In this document: positions 23,895 to 35,789 of the stretch, piece after piece | Layout: each line of letters opens with the position of its first letter | Position numbering within the stretch: the first letter of the stretch is position 1 | Assembly (NCBI GenBank): GCA_048013815.1 | Contig: CM106585.1 | Coordinates: 6,820,001-6,884,000 of the forward strand | Origin: Setoptus koraiensis | Taxonomy: Eukaryota; Animalia; Arthropoda | DNA: 64,000 bases | Reading direction: 5' to 3' | Translations under genes and position numbers: made by a program | Notes under the pieces: generated by a model | Told to the model about the DNA's origin: nothing | The model's input: the letters and a program-made list of their open reading frames with translations, nothing else | Database searches by the model: none

Positions 23895-25269
23895 TGCTAT
23901 TCGGCGATGGCGATGACACTTGTGGCGCGTTATCACTGATGAATGTTTGGCTTGCTTCGAATGGCGCTAGATTGTGGGCAGTCGATGTGTGCCACTCACT
24001 AATAACTTACTTAATTGTGATGAGATTATTATCGCGTCAGAGCGTTCAATGACGAGCTTGAGTTGATATGATTCGCTGACTTTCACTGGGCTGATGATGA
24101 CTTTCAATGAATTTTGTTGGTTGGTCGCTGGACCAAGTTGGCCGGTCTGATGATTGCGCGAAATAACTCGTTCGTCCATCGAGTGACATCTTAATATAAC
24201 TTGGCCGCGTGACGCTGATCGGTAAACATTGGGCCTATTCGCCAATTTAATTTGCGACACTCAATTTGAACGGTTGCACTGTTCGGCCCAATGTTGTGGG
24301 TTGCGCGCAATTGTAGGAGGCGCTCTCTCTTTCTCTCGGACAGCGGGCAGCAACAGGTGACAGTGATCGAGTTACGTCAAGCAGTTGTGTATGGGCATGT
24401 GCAGTCATGCTAATATAATATAGTGTGTCACATGTGGAAGCCACGTCTTGCAGCCACCGGCCGGCCAGCTCGTGATGCCCGAGCGGTAGCAATTTGAATA
24501 TTTTCGCCCATTTTGCAACAATTGTTCATCACTTGTTACGCAATGGTCAGCTGCTTGCGCTTGTTGTAATTACATTAATTGTCGTGCCTGATTAGCTCAC
24601 CTGTTTACCTGTTTGGCGTGTGTGGTGAGACGGCAGCCAAGAGACAGCCGATAAACAGCTGAGAGGCAGCTGAGAGTGACAGTCCAAAGTGACAGCCGAG
24701 AGTGACAGTAGCCGGCTGGTTACGCGACAGTCATGACGGTCAGTTACGGCAGCCACTTGTATCAGTGGCTCGCACCAGCCAGCCCAAACAAATGTGTGCG
24801 TCACATGGGCAACTGCAACAGGCTATCGCGGTGCAGCCGTGAGTGAATGGTCAACCTTGATGAGCAACGTGTGTGTGACATAAAACATATGAGAGTTGAC
24901 CTTACACCGTTGACGTTGGGCCGGCCGAGACGTCGGGCCAGCAGCGATGACCATCAGCCAATAACAAAACAATAACAACAAAACATAGCCAGCCATAGGT
25001 TCTGGGTGGCTCTGTAACGAGCTTTTGAGAGTAGCGAAAGTTTACAAAAACCGTTCGTTTTCCGACAAGACGACACACAGTGAGAGAGTTGCCAATTTTC
25101 ACACACACCGCCAGCCACTTGTTTATCGTTGAGCTGGCTTGGCTTGGCTCGGACAGCGCGCGGGGGAGAGCGAGCGAGATGAGCGAAAACAAACCACAGC
25201 ATCATTCATCTAATGTGCGTTGATTAAGTGGACGCAACCGGCTTGTCCGGCCAGCTCGCGTCTAGACGT

Positions 25270-25319
25270 CGTTGCGTAACTGTTTGCAGTGCCAGACAAC
25301 GTTGCGTAACTGTTTGCAG
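25270..25319. repeat. 20-bp direct repeat CGTTGCGTAACTGTTTGCAG with 30-bp period
   Basis: Copies at 25270..25289 and 25300..25319. Confidence 0.9.
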
Positions 25320-25596
25320 ACGCGGCGAGGCACTTTGCAGAGCTGCTGCTCTATTTGACCTCTGCGGTTTGCTGCTGTTTGTCCGCTGTTGTTGCCGTAA
25401 AACACACACACTGGCCGTATATTATTGCGACACATTGCGAGTCTCACAATGTGAGAGGCGCGCAGAGAAAACGCGTTTGTTCATTAACCTGTCGGGGCTA
25501 TCGTCTTCTCACTGGCCGCACTGGCTCTCGTGTGGCCACGCACACACCCGTTGTCGTTGTTGTCGTCGTCGCTGTCGTTGTTGCTGCTGCTGGCCC

Positions 25597-25692
25597 GACA
25601 CAACGACTGACACAACGACTGACACAACACTGACACAACACTGACACAACACTGACACAACACTGACGCAACGACTGACGCAACGACTGACT
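25597..25692. repeat. Minisatellite of eight 11-12-bp units (GACACAACGACT x2, GACACAACACT x4, GACGCAACGACT x2)
   Basis: Read directly from the sequence. Confidence 0.95.
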
Positions 25693-26281
25693 GGCCGCTC
25701 GGCGACACTCGTCGTTAAATTGCCAACAGCCAGACAGCCGAAATAGAAGCCGACACAATAATGATGATAATATAATTAAAAACAAACATTATCATCGTGT
25801 CGTGTCAAGGCTCAAAATGGTTGTGGCGTACGATGACCCGTCAAGCAAATTGTGGTTTATTATTGCTTGTTTTGCTTAGGTAAACACCAATTAACAATGT
25901 CTCGTCAGTTGATACTTGTTGGCACAATGAAATTAGCCAGCCATTAATTAGGCTGCCACTTGATTAAATTTTTAAATAAATTATGCGCTCGCTGTGGCGC
26001 ATATGATACAATTTACAAGTTGTCAGTTGAGCTCATGTCAGCTCGACAATGTGATAACATATGTCGCCTCGACAATGCATGCTGTCACGTCAGACTCGAT
26101 CGATCGCTGCAACAAGCGCCAACAAATTGCCTGAGATTACAACTTTCAACTTGTAATTATTATTGGGTGTTACATTGGGTGTTATTGGGTACCAAATGAT
26201 GGACAGTTTTCAGACATCGACATTCAGTTGCAAAGTGCTGCTGATTCTGACAATTGTGAGTGCACTCACAATGTTGCGCAA

Positions 26282-26352
26282 TTCGAAATTCGCAAGATTT
26301 CGCAGCTTCCGCAAATTTCGCAGCTTACGCAGATTTCGCAGCTTCCGCAGAT
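26282..26352. repeat. 18-bp (2x9) tandem repeat TTCGCAGCTTCCGCAGAT-like, ~4 copies
   Basis: Alternating cgcagcttc/cgcagattt half-units. Confidence 0.85.
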
Positions 26353-26360
26353 GTGAGGAT

Positions 26361-26406
26361 GGACGAAATGATGAGAAAAATTCAAATTTCTCTCATCGTT
26401 TTGTCC
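26361..26406 (+). other. 22-bp imperfect inverted repeat (hairpin)
   Basis: GGACGAAATGATGAGAAAAATT / AATTTCTCTCATCGTTTTGTCC; 3 differences, two of which are G.U pairs on the + strand. Confidence 0.8.
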
Positions 26407-26552
26407 CGCAGAACAAAGGGCCAAGGCGAGCGCAGTTGATTCCGGACACGACATAATCTTGTTACTGTCGCCATGGAACAGCGTGCCATCACTTCAGATG
26501 CACAACGAGCCCCGGAACCATTCGGCCACCGGCGAGGCCGCCCCTGACCCAT

Positions 26553-26605
26553 CCCCATCTAGCCCCATCTAGCCCCATCTGGCCCCATCTGGCCCCATCT
26601 TGCCC
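26553..26605. repeat. 10-bp tandem repeat CCCCATCT(A/G/T)G x5
   Basis: Read directly from the sequence. Confidence 0.95.
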
Positions 26606-27647
26606 AGTCAGGCCTGATCTAGGGCACTGTCTGTTGCTCGTAATAACGCATGATAGCGATCGCTACTATTTTAGAGAATGAAAATGGTCGCTTCGCAATG
26701 CCTGATACCTGACGATCGATTCGAGCAGGTTGCCAACCAATCAACCGACAGCAGACGACACAATGCGAATTTCGAACAGAAAAAACGGTTTTACGCCCCA
26801 GTAACGGCAATCGTAACACGCACTTTTCTGGAAACAGTGACAAGATTAAAGCGTGTATCTAATATCAGCTGTCGGCTGACCAGTAGAAAAGAAACCACAA
26901 ATCCCGCAGTGCAGATTATCGGTTACTACTAACTATTCGTGAGTATGTAATGGTTACAATGGTTGTAACGATACATGCAAGTACTTGTTGACGTTTTGAT
27001 TCTGCGGTCATGTAAAATTAAAATTGGCCACTGTTTGAGTTGATTGTTTAAAACAGATAGATGACTCACCACCAAGATACAAAAGTGCGCGAATGAGTCT
27101 GAACAACGAGGAGACAACTTTGGATAGACTGTTTTTTTTTCTAGCTCAACATTGGCGACCGTCTATCGACGGATCTCACGTATTTTTTTTTTTTCAAGGA
27201 TAATCTTGCACTGCGCGCATGATTTCTGGCGAGCCGATTATCGACGAAAAAAAAAACGGTTACCACCACAACAATCGATACAAATCAAATGTTTTCATTA
27301 TTACAGAGCGAATAATATTTCGTCCTGGGGACACTTTTTCGCCACGAATCAAGTGCAAGATTGTGACGAATGCCGATTATCTGGCTCGAATATATATAGG
27401 CATCTCTAATGATTCCGTTGCTGATTTATAAATAGCATCTGTCTGCTTGTCTGCTCTTGCAAACTGATTTTTTGGTACAATCCATACTATGGATTCCATA
27501 CTGATTTCGCTAGCGTGTGACGAAGAAGCGAAAGCGACAAAACAAGTCAGTAAAAGTGCATCCAAGTTGCGTGTAGCATTCAATTGGCTGTCAAGTTTGG
27601 TATATTCCATCATTTATCATTAATAAGAGCGATACAAAAACGAAACT

Positions 27648-28289
27648 ATGAATGGAACATCGTTGACTATGGTGGCACTGTTGCTAGCGTTGGCCTCATC
27701 CTTTCGAGGCGTACTAGCGATTCAGTTGGAAGAGACGGCGGCTCTGGAATTGAAAAATATACTGAGTGGGATTAAAGATCAATTAGCGAAAATCGATGTG
27801 AGAATCAAGCTAACATTGGACGACCTTAGATGGCGTCGAATCAATGAACGAAGTTTACCCAAGGACTTATTCGACCACTATCCAGTGTTAGAGAATATGT
27901 TACGTGCTTACATAAAGCAAGAGGCAGATGAGGCGCTTGGGGAGATGGCAAATTTCAGCAATTTGCTGGATGAAAAAATGGCAACCAAATCTTTCCCGTT
28001 TGAGGTATACACAAAAGAAGATTGGAAACGCATGGAGAAAATAGTGGATTTTGTGCTCGATTTTGAGAAAACTTTTGGATCTGTAAATCCGAATGAGAGT
28101 GGATCGAACGCAAGTAATACCGAATACGGATGGAGACAATCTTACGATGCAGCTTTGCGCCACTGCTATCTTGCATTGACCGGGCCTGCCGGCTTAAGTC
28201 CTGATACCTATAGCGAGAGTTGTCGCTTGTGTCCAATCAGCCGAATTGTTCCCCACTTAGCCGTGCCTAAACAACACCATCATTTGTAG
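27648..28289 (+). CDS. Orphan secreted protein, 213 aa, predicted helical, intronless
   Basis: ATG start with a clear signal peptide (MNGTSLTMVALLLALASSFRGVLA) and an amphipathic helical body of ordinary composition. No family motif recognised. Confidence 0.7.
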   Translation: MNGTSLTMVALLLALASSFRGVLAIQLEETAALELKNILSGIKDQLAKIDVRIKLTLDDLRWRRINERSLPKDLFDHYPVLENMLRAYIKQEADEALGEMANFSNLLDEKMATKSFPFEVYTKEDWKRMEKIVDFVLDFEKTFGSVNPNESGSNASNTEYGWRQSYDAALRHCYLALTGPAGLSPDTYSESCRLCPISRIVPHLAVPKQHHHL

Positions 28290-28404
28290 TAAATATGCTG
28301 AATAAATCTTCAGATCAGTCGTTTCTCGCCCCATTGTTGCTAGACACTTCATCAATGCGAAGGCACCCGGTTGGTGCATTCGCTCGTAGAGAATAGATGC
28401 CTTT

Positions 28405-28429
28405 AATTTATCCATATTATGGATAAATT
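28405..28429. repeat. Perfect palindrome 12+1+12 bp
   Basis: AATTTATCCATA-T-TATGGATAAATT. Confidence 0.95.
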
Positions 28430-28835
28430 TGTAACGATGCGCCCCTAAATGGACACGAGTGGATTCGACAACTCAATTTCTGATAGAAATCCTCGCCAGG
28501 AGGATCGTATTCGCTCAATTAGCGCCACGAATGGCCTAAACACATAGACGAAAAAGACGCCTAAACACACAATAGCATGAGATTTGTCCACTGCGACAGT
28601 GGACGAATCTTTGTGGTCGTTTTCCTTGTTTATCAGTATCAATCGTTGAACATGATACGAACGAAATCGGTCTGTATGAGGTCCGAGCCACGCATTTTCC
28701 GATTGTTGCCACTCGAATTCAGTGGTTCATACCATTTTAGAGCTGTGTTGGAGTTAAATCATGAAATTCAAATATTAATGAATGGACGTTCTTCGTCGAC
28801 CTATAGTTGAGTTTTCTAGATTATAGTTTTCTCCT

Positions 28836-28871
28836 AAAAAGGCCACGTTTTCATGAAAACGTGGCCTTTTT
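28836..28871. repeat. Perfect 36-bp palindrome (18+18)
   Basis: AAAAAGGCCACGTTTTCA|TGAAAACGTGGCCTTTTT, followed by a smaller TTTTCCG...CGGAAAA hairpin. Confidence 0.95.
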
Positions 28872-29633
28872 CCGGTTTTCATGACGGAAAAAGACACGAT
28901 TAGGTGTTTTCCGTAGATTCAAAGGAGTCTCAAACGACAGATTTGTGCCAAATACCAAGTTTAAGAGTTCTGTTATGACAGGAAAAATTTCGGTTCTGAT
29001 CCAGTATGACTAATGATTACAGAGCGTCACGAATCGCTCATTCGGATGTTGAGGAATCGCGGAAAAAGATGGCGGTTAATGCGCAACTGGCTCAGTATTG
29101 GCCAGTATTTTTTTTATCCTGCCAGAAAGTGTCACGTGGCGTGGCCACATACTGACAGGCCTTACAAGATTAGAGACAACAAGATTACAGTGAGCTAGTT
29201 TTGAATGCGTCATTGACGGCACCGAGGGGCATATCATATCCAAGGCCTGCCTGACACAGGAGCTAGCCGGATATTTGGAAGGTGCTAATCCCTTCAATGT
29301 CCCATATTGTGTATCGTTGAGTGGAGCCGATGAAATACTGTAACAAGCTGTAGATTCAGTGTTGTTAACATGGTAACGAATTGCGATTGCTTCGTTCGTA
29401 CGAATCGTTGGTAACGTAATGGTTGTGATATATGGATAGTGTCTGCTGCCAATAATACTGAATTGTGTGCGCCAGATGATGATATCTCTCCAGGTATTTC
29501 TCCAGCGAGCATCGCAATATAATTAAATGATTTACATTGTGTGTTCAGGGTTCAAATGTAATGATAAAAAATTGGTAATAATAAACATTTGGTTTAGCAT
29601 GACTGATAGGTGGCCGCCTCGTGACTCGCGACC

Positions 29634-29674
29634 TCATCGCTATGAGGCTCATACTATGAGCCTCATAGCGATGA
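29634..29674. repeat. Perfect palindrome 20+1+20 bp
   Basis: TCATCGCTATGAGGCTCATA-C-TATGAGCCTCATAGCGATGA. Confidence 0.95.
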
Positions 29675-29821
29675 TTTTTCTACTGACTCACAACCCTTTT
29701 ACGCACCATTGTCAGTAAATACATGTAAACATATGATCCGCACAACAACTAACAAAGCCCTGTATCCTCGCTTCTGTTTGCCAAGCCATCAATAAACAAA
29801 GCCCATTCTTACATCATGAGC

Positions 29822-29854
29822 ATAGAAATACATGAGACTCTCATGTATTTCTAT
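29822..29854. repeat. Perfect palindrome 16+1+16 bp
   Basis: ATAGAAATACATGAGA-C-TCTCATGTATTTCTAT. Confidence 0.95.
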
Positions 29855-31186
29855 CCATTACACATGGTGCACGGAGACGCGCTGCTCGCGCAACCGATTA
29901 CGTAAATTCAAGGTCGCCGAGAGCGCTCTCGCTAGGCTGATCTGTGTCAAGATTAAGGTCAAGGTGGTACCTAGTGACATTACGAGAGGCAGCGAGAACG
30001 TTCGACGCAGCAAACAATGACATGGTAGCGTGGAACGGATTTTGCCAATATTTTTCGGGAATGTTGTATTCCCAAAGTGACGAATTGATTACGAATTACA
30101 GTTAGTAATAGGAGGGGAAAAATGATGATTACTCTCAAATATCACCCATGAACACCAGCGACGAATACAGTGATGAGGCCCTAGAGAAGAAAATGTAAGT
30201 ATACGAATTGACGGCTAACGGTCGGCCACAATTTCGCTAGATCGTCCAACGACACAGCTCGCCGTGAGCGGACGACGGCGGCTTGGACAAAATCTATCGT
30301 TTGTCTAATGATGATAATCGCCCTCTGTGTAAAAAGGGTGTGAACACAATTTTTAATTAACAATACACACAAACAATTTATAGCCAGTGCACTAACAACA
30401 ACACACCATCAATGTCACTCGATTAATCCGAAACGCGCTCACCTGGTCGTCTAGACATGGTAAAAATACTACCGATGGTACTACGATTCCATCATCGTTT
30501 TGCGCACACCGTCGCGATCGTTTGAAAATCTGTGATTCACACTTTTCGTTAATCGCTCATCATTATCACACACTCATTTGTCATTCATTTGTGCGATACT
30601 GATAATTGTGGCCAATGTCAAATTGTGTGATGTCACCGAATGAGCAGCCAGTGCCAGTGTCGATATTGCATTGTGCACCATCATGAACAGTCGATTGTCA
30701 TCGTGCAGTCGTTACAGTTACTAATCGTTGGTTACATAACGTATTTGCGTTTTGTGTTTTGTTTCATTTGTTTTACAAGTTGTCAAGTTTTACTGAATAT
30801 TTTTATTTTTACTGTTGTCGCAATCGCATTGTTACTGTTATGCATGAGTATTCATGAATTGTAACCTGGCACAATCACGACAACAACAACAACAACAACA
30901 GCAGCAGCAACAACAAAATCGTCGAGCGCTGTTTGGCACCCTTATGTCAGGTGTGACATTCGCATCTGATTGTGTTAATTAGGCACCATCATTAGATACA
31001 CGTCGGCTGGTTTCATAACATGTGATTGAGGATTGTTTGTGATCAATCGGTACATGTAAATAATTAGCCGCTATTATTATAACAATTTACACCGTACACC
31101 CCGTATTCAACATACATGAATTAACTGTTTTAGCGAGTTTTAGCCACCCATCGTTACCCATCGTATCAAACGCCAGAGGCAACATT

Positions 31187-32778
31187 ATGAAGCTCAAGTC
31201 TGTGATGAAGATTGGCGATCAAACGCACACCCTAGCGGCCAGTGATAAGAAAGTGAAAGATCAAGACGGATCAGTGTATATTCTGACGGGATTTCAAGAT
31301 CGCAAAATTGACAGCGATAAAGGTGATATTAGCCTGAGCAAGGGCCTGCAATTAGTTGATATTTTGGAGCCCTCGTCATGCAACAAACAAAAGAAGGATG
31401 CGTCAAACGACAGGCAAGCCGCAAATCACGTGCCCCTGTTTCCGGGCTACGGTATTGTCGTCACTCTCATATCGTCCGCCATATTCAGCGTCAGCACGGC
31501 CTGTGTCAAGGAGGCCGTTCGCAGCCAGGAGGGCATGGACGGGGTGACTCTGGCATTTTACAGGTAAGTCGCCAGCGCCAAAACTTTTGCCAAATATGCA
31601 GCCAAATATATCATCTTGTTTGTTTTGTTTATTTGCTGGTCTGGTGTGTTGTGCGCTGGTATTATCATTGTATTATTTGATAAATAGAGGCGCCATAATG
31701 TGCGCTGTAACGGCCATTGTGCAGTTGTCCCGTGGCCAGAATATCTGGGTGCCCCGATCCGAGATAGTGGTCAATATTCTCAGGAGTATATTCGGCACCG
31801 GTGCCGTGTTCGGCTTGTACGTCTCCATGAAATACATAACAATGGGCGACGCAACAGCGATATCATTCTCGTCGCCAGTGTGGACATACATATTGTCGTA
31901 TTTTATTTTGAAAGAGAAACTCCATTGGCTCCAAATTGTCTCATTGCCGGCCAGCATATTTGGTGTGCTGCTAATCGCAAATCCGTATTTGTTTATAGAC
32001 AGTCCCGATGCCTCGATAACCACTCTTGCCACAGAAACGGAGGAGTTATTATTCGATGGTGTGGCGATTCCCGAACCCTTCAATGTAACCGCCATCATCG
32101 ACAACAACAACAACAGCAACATTTCGATGATAACGCAAAAATTAAATGTCAGCTCGTACGCGGCCAATCAAATGGAATCTCAGTCACAAGACGCAACTTT
32201 TAACAACAACGGTTACAATCCCTCGGAAAAGATCTACGGAACTGTCATGGCATTTATCAGTAGTTTATGCATGTCTGGCGCATTTATTGTGCTTAAATTT
32301 AGAAAGAAAACCCCCGTGCCAACAACAATATTCTGGTTTGGTTTCACTACATGCCTTGTAGCTTTAGTCGCAATGTCGAGCTTCAACAATTATATTATAC
32401 CCTCAAGTCTAAAGGTTTGGCTTCTCATAGCTGGAAACGGAGGCTTATCTTTTATTGCTCAGATGTTCTTTCAGGTGGCCTTCTATTACGAGGACGCCTC
32501 CATAATATCTCTAGTCAAGACAGTGGAAGTTGTTATGGCCTTCATTATTACATTTTTATTCTTCGACGACGACATTGAATGGACCAGGTAAGTTGCATAC
32601 TGATACTGGTGACAGGATGTTGCTTTCATGTTGAGAGAGCACTTTTTTCGTATTAACTATCAATCTCTATTTAATATCTATTTTCGTTTGCAGTATCACT
32701 GGAGCTGTTATTATCGTCACTAGTGTGGCCTCCTTAATGTTGCTGAAATGGTACAAGTCAATAAAGACAGCAAAATAG
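31187..32778 (+). CDS. SLC35G1: SLC35G/EamA drug-metabolite-transporter family protein, 3 exons: join(31187..31563,31688..32587,32694..32778), ~453 aa
   Basis: Two EamA halves with about 10 TMs: LAFYR|GAIM, ILRSIFG, MGDATAISFSSPVWTYILSYFILKEK, AQMFFQVAFYYEDASIISLVKTVEV. Both GTAAGT...AG introns join in frame. Confidence 0.9.
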
Positions 32779-33981
32779 TGCTCACAAGACTAACACGAAA
32801 TCATCTTAATCAACTAAAACTAAATCACCTATCATCATCACTATTATTTATCTCTGCACCCGTTGTTCCGATGTCGTTGCTCACAAGTTGCACCTAGATG
32901 CTTAGAGCATTCTGCTAAGACATCCAACAAATTGTTTCAAAATGTCTCAAATAAATTTTCTCTCAATAGAGATTCTCTCGATAGAGAGTCGTAACAGTTA
33001 GATCCTAAATTGCTTAAATCCATTACCGTCGATTCATCTGTTTGTTCTCGAAATATATCTTCTATCGATAAAAGATGACCTTTCGATGGTTACCAAAAAA
33101 ATGACCGATGTAATGGACGAGCCTACGTGATGACCATTCGAGTGGTCATCCGATCGATTCGACTCGACTGAATACCTATCATCTAGAGTTGATTTGTATA
33201 CCACTGGACAACTATAGAAACAATTCAGAAGAATGTTACTCGAAACAACTTTCCAGAAATGATGCCTCAAAACCCGTTGCACAACTCTCTGTTGGTTGTC
33301 ATCGATGGTCATTAGATAACAAAGTGTCACAATGGAGATATTCCTCGCTTGGCGTCACCTTTAGAGTTCTTGTCGGTGTTTCTTGCACCAACTTTGAACT
33401 CGATTATGCGGCCTAATTAGTAGCATTTCATGTGCATTAATGGCCCTATCCGCATTTTTCACTCATCATCGGTGATGCAATCCCGCAATAAGAGTCGCAA
33501 CACAGAACACATGGTTTGTGATTGAGTAATCTTCAAGTGCAAATCTTTGTTACTTGATCAGAGAGCTGATAAAATCATAGCTAATAAATCACGGCCATGA
33601 AGGATGCTGTTGAGTTTGAAATCATCTCAGAGAGCTCATGAGATCGTGCCTTTTTTTTGCCGTCGCGCTGTCTGATAAAAATATTAGACATCCCTGGCGA
33701 ATGCGCACAAGTTATCTTACCTAATGTGATGTCATGTTGAGAAAAAACAGAGCAGCTTCGAAAGTTACTTATTCATACTGTCAACCATTTGACAAGCCTA
33801 AACAAGTTGTATGTCACGTATTAACACTCAAGGGATGTGTGTTAACACATCACATCACGTTTATGTTTATTATTTTACAGCCATGTTGATGCTGGATTTG
33901 CCCACGATGCCGAGTCTCGGTTTTTTGGAGAGAAGCATCCCTCGCGACGGCAGCTTCTATCCAAAGAACCGCCTAGAGCCG

Positions 33982-34020
33982 TATAAAAGGTGCCATGGTC
34001 CATAGGTGAAGTCATCATTA
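33982..34020 (+). promoter_or_regulatory. Candidate TATA box (TATAAAAG) with an initiator-like TCAT(C/T) ~30 bp downstream, upstream of the DGAT2-family gene
   Basis: TATAAAAG at 33982..33989, TCATC/TCATT at 34012..34019, ATG at 34104. Confidence 0.5.
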
Positions 34021-34103
34021 TGCTAAAGACAAAGTCGGCAATCAAAACTCAGCAACAATAACGACAGCAACACCAACCAGCTAGCTACAACCAACAATCA
34101 GAT

Positions 34104-35482
34104 ATGTCGTCAATAGAGAAATTGCTCACAACATCCAAAGCAGTGATGGAAAAGTCGTTGAAGATTTTAGTTGATGAAGGGCCAGCGACAATAAGCAAGT
34201 TTCTGAAACAATTTATAAGCGGAACACAACACACTCTGACACAATTGGAGAGCCTCATTGAGGGTGCATATCATCATTTTTTAACCATATTCATACTCAA
34301 CATATTGGCGCCCATTATCCATCTGGGAATTATTTCAATATTCGTCATGATAGCCTTGTTGTGGACACCATACTATTATCTGACACTAATTTATGCCGTT
34401 TGGTGGATAATTGATTATGACACTTGTGATACGGGAAAACGGCGCATAGAGTGGCTCAGGGGCAACCTGTTCGGTCACGTCTACAAGTACTTTCAATACA
34501 GTCTAATCTACGATGGGCCCGAGCTGGACATTGAACAAAATTATGTTGCCGGCTATCATCCGCACGGCATATTTCCGGTTGGTTCTGGGCTTGCTTTTGG
34601 ATTAAATCCGCCCGAGTTGCCGTTCAGTAGAGATTTCAAACGGTGGCATATGGCACATTCTTTCTTGTTTAGAGTGCCCATACTCAGAGAAATATTATTG
34701 TCATTTGGAACAAGAGCAGCCAGCGAGCGAGCCATTGATCATATTCTGAAACACTCCGGAAAGGGAAATATCATGGCAATAGTGCCCGGCGGCTTGGCCG
34801 AAATGATGCTGTGCTCCAAAGGTAAACTCTATCTCAAACTAAAGGGACGTTACGGTTTCGTTAGAAAAGCCATTGAGACAGGGTAAGTTCAAACAACTAA
34901 AATGACATCACCAATCTAGTAATTAATTAACACTTTATGTATATTACGAGCAACTAATCTTGTTTCGCTTCAGCTCTCATTTATTGCCCTGTTTGGGCTT
35001 TGGAGAAACGGAGCTTCTCAATCACAAAGTGTTTCCAAAAGGTCATTTCGTGGACATTGTACAGACATTTTGTCGTAAAACATTCAACTTTAATCTGCCG
35101 TTCGCCTATGGTGACTGGTTTGGTTTTCCAGGGTTCCAACCGAACAAGGTTAGGCTGACAGTTTGCGGTAAGTGAGAGAGACGCCAATAGAAACGATGTT
35201 ATTATGTTATGTTGTGCAACTTGTTGTCAGATCTTCAGTGGACTGACACAAGGTCACTGCTCTCCGATCACAAGTTGACGAAATTGCAATAATCATGGTC
35301 TCTCTTTATTGTTTTTTTTTTCTTCAACAGTTGGATCACCTGTGGAGGTTGTCAAAAACGCAGACCCTACCCCAGAGGAAATAGAACGTGTTCATGGTGT
35401 TTATGTCAAAGAATTGACGAGGATATTCTACAAATATCGCGAACAATTCGCTGACCATGACTATGACTTTGAGATACGATGA
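34104..35482 (+). CDS. DGAT2/MOGAT/wax-synthase family acyltransferase, 3 exons: join(34104..34882,34974..35167,35331..35482), ~374 aa
   Basis: GYHPHG motif, FRVPILRE, VPGGLAEM, RYGFVRKA, FGETE and a final exon VGSPVEV..PTPEEI..H..Y. Canonical introns join in frame. Confidence 0.92.
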
Positions 35483-35789
35483 TTCATTCCAAATTGCAAT
35501 TTCCAATCAGATTCTCGAGATCTAGCAAGATTATGTCACTTTCACGTCGCAAATAATAAGCCGATTCAAAAACTGAAACACTTCTGATATAATCGCTTGA
35601 TGGCAGTCTCTGGCAGGCATCTGGTTTGAATATCCATTAAAATATTTGGCCAAACTAGTGCCCAGGATATTTATCACAACATTGTCATTTTTGGTCTCAA
35701 GAGAGTCTGTGTTGAAGTCATCATCGTGTCCCCACAGGATAATGTAAAGATAATAGATACGAGGCTGACGTCGGGGCTGAATTGTTGAA

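Noticed and set aside
25597-25692. Repeat arrays here and at 11341, 11594 and 26282 considered as CRISPR-like
   Set aside because: Units are head-to-tail with no unique spacers, there are no cas genes, and the context is eukaryotic.
26600-30400. Possible TIR transposon enclosing the orphan gene and palindromes
   Set aside because: No convincing terminal inverted repeats, target-site duplication or transposase fragment could be found by eye, so it is not called as a mobile element.
33034-33416. Short ORFs on both strands between SLC35G and the DGAT2-family gene
   Set aside because: No consistent frame, ATG context, splice support or recognisable motif.
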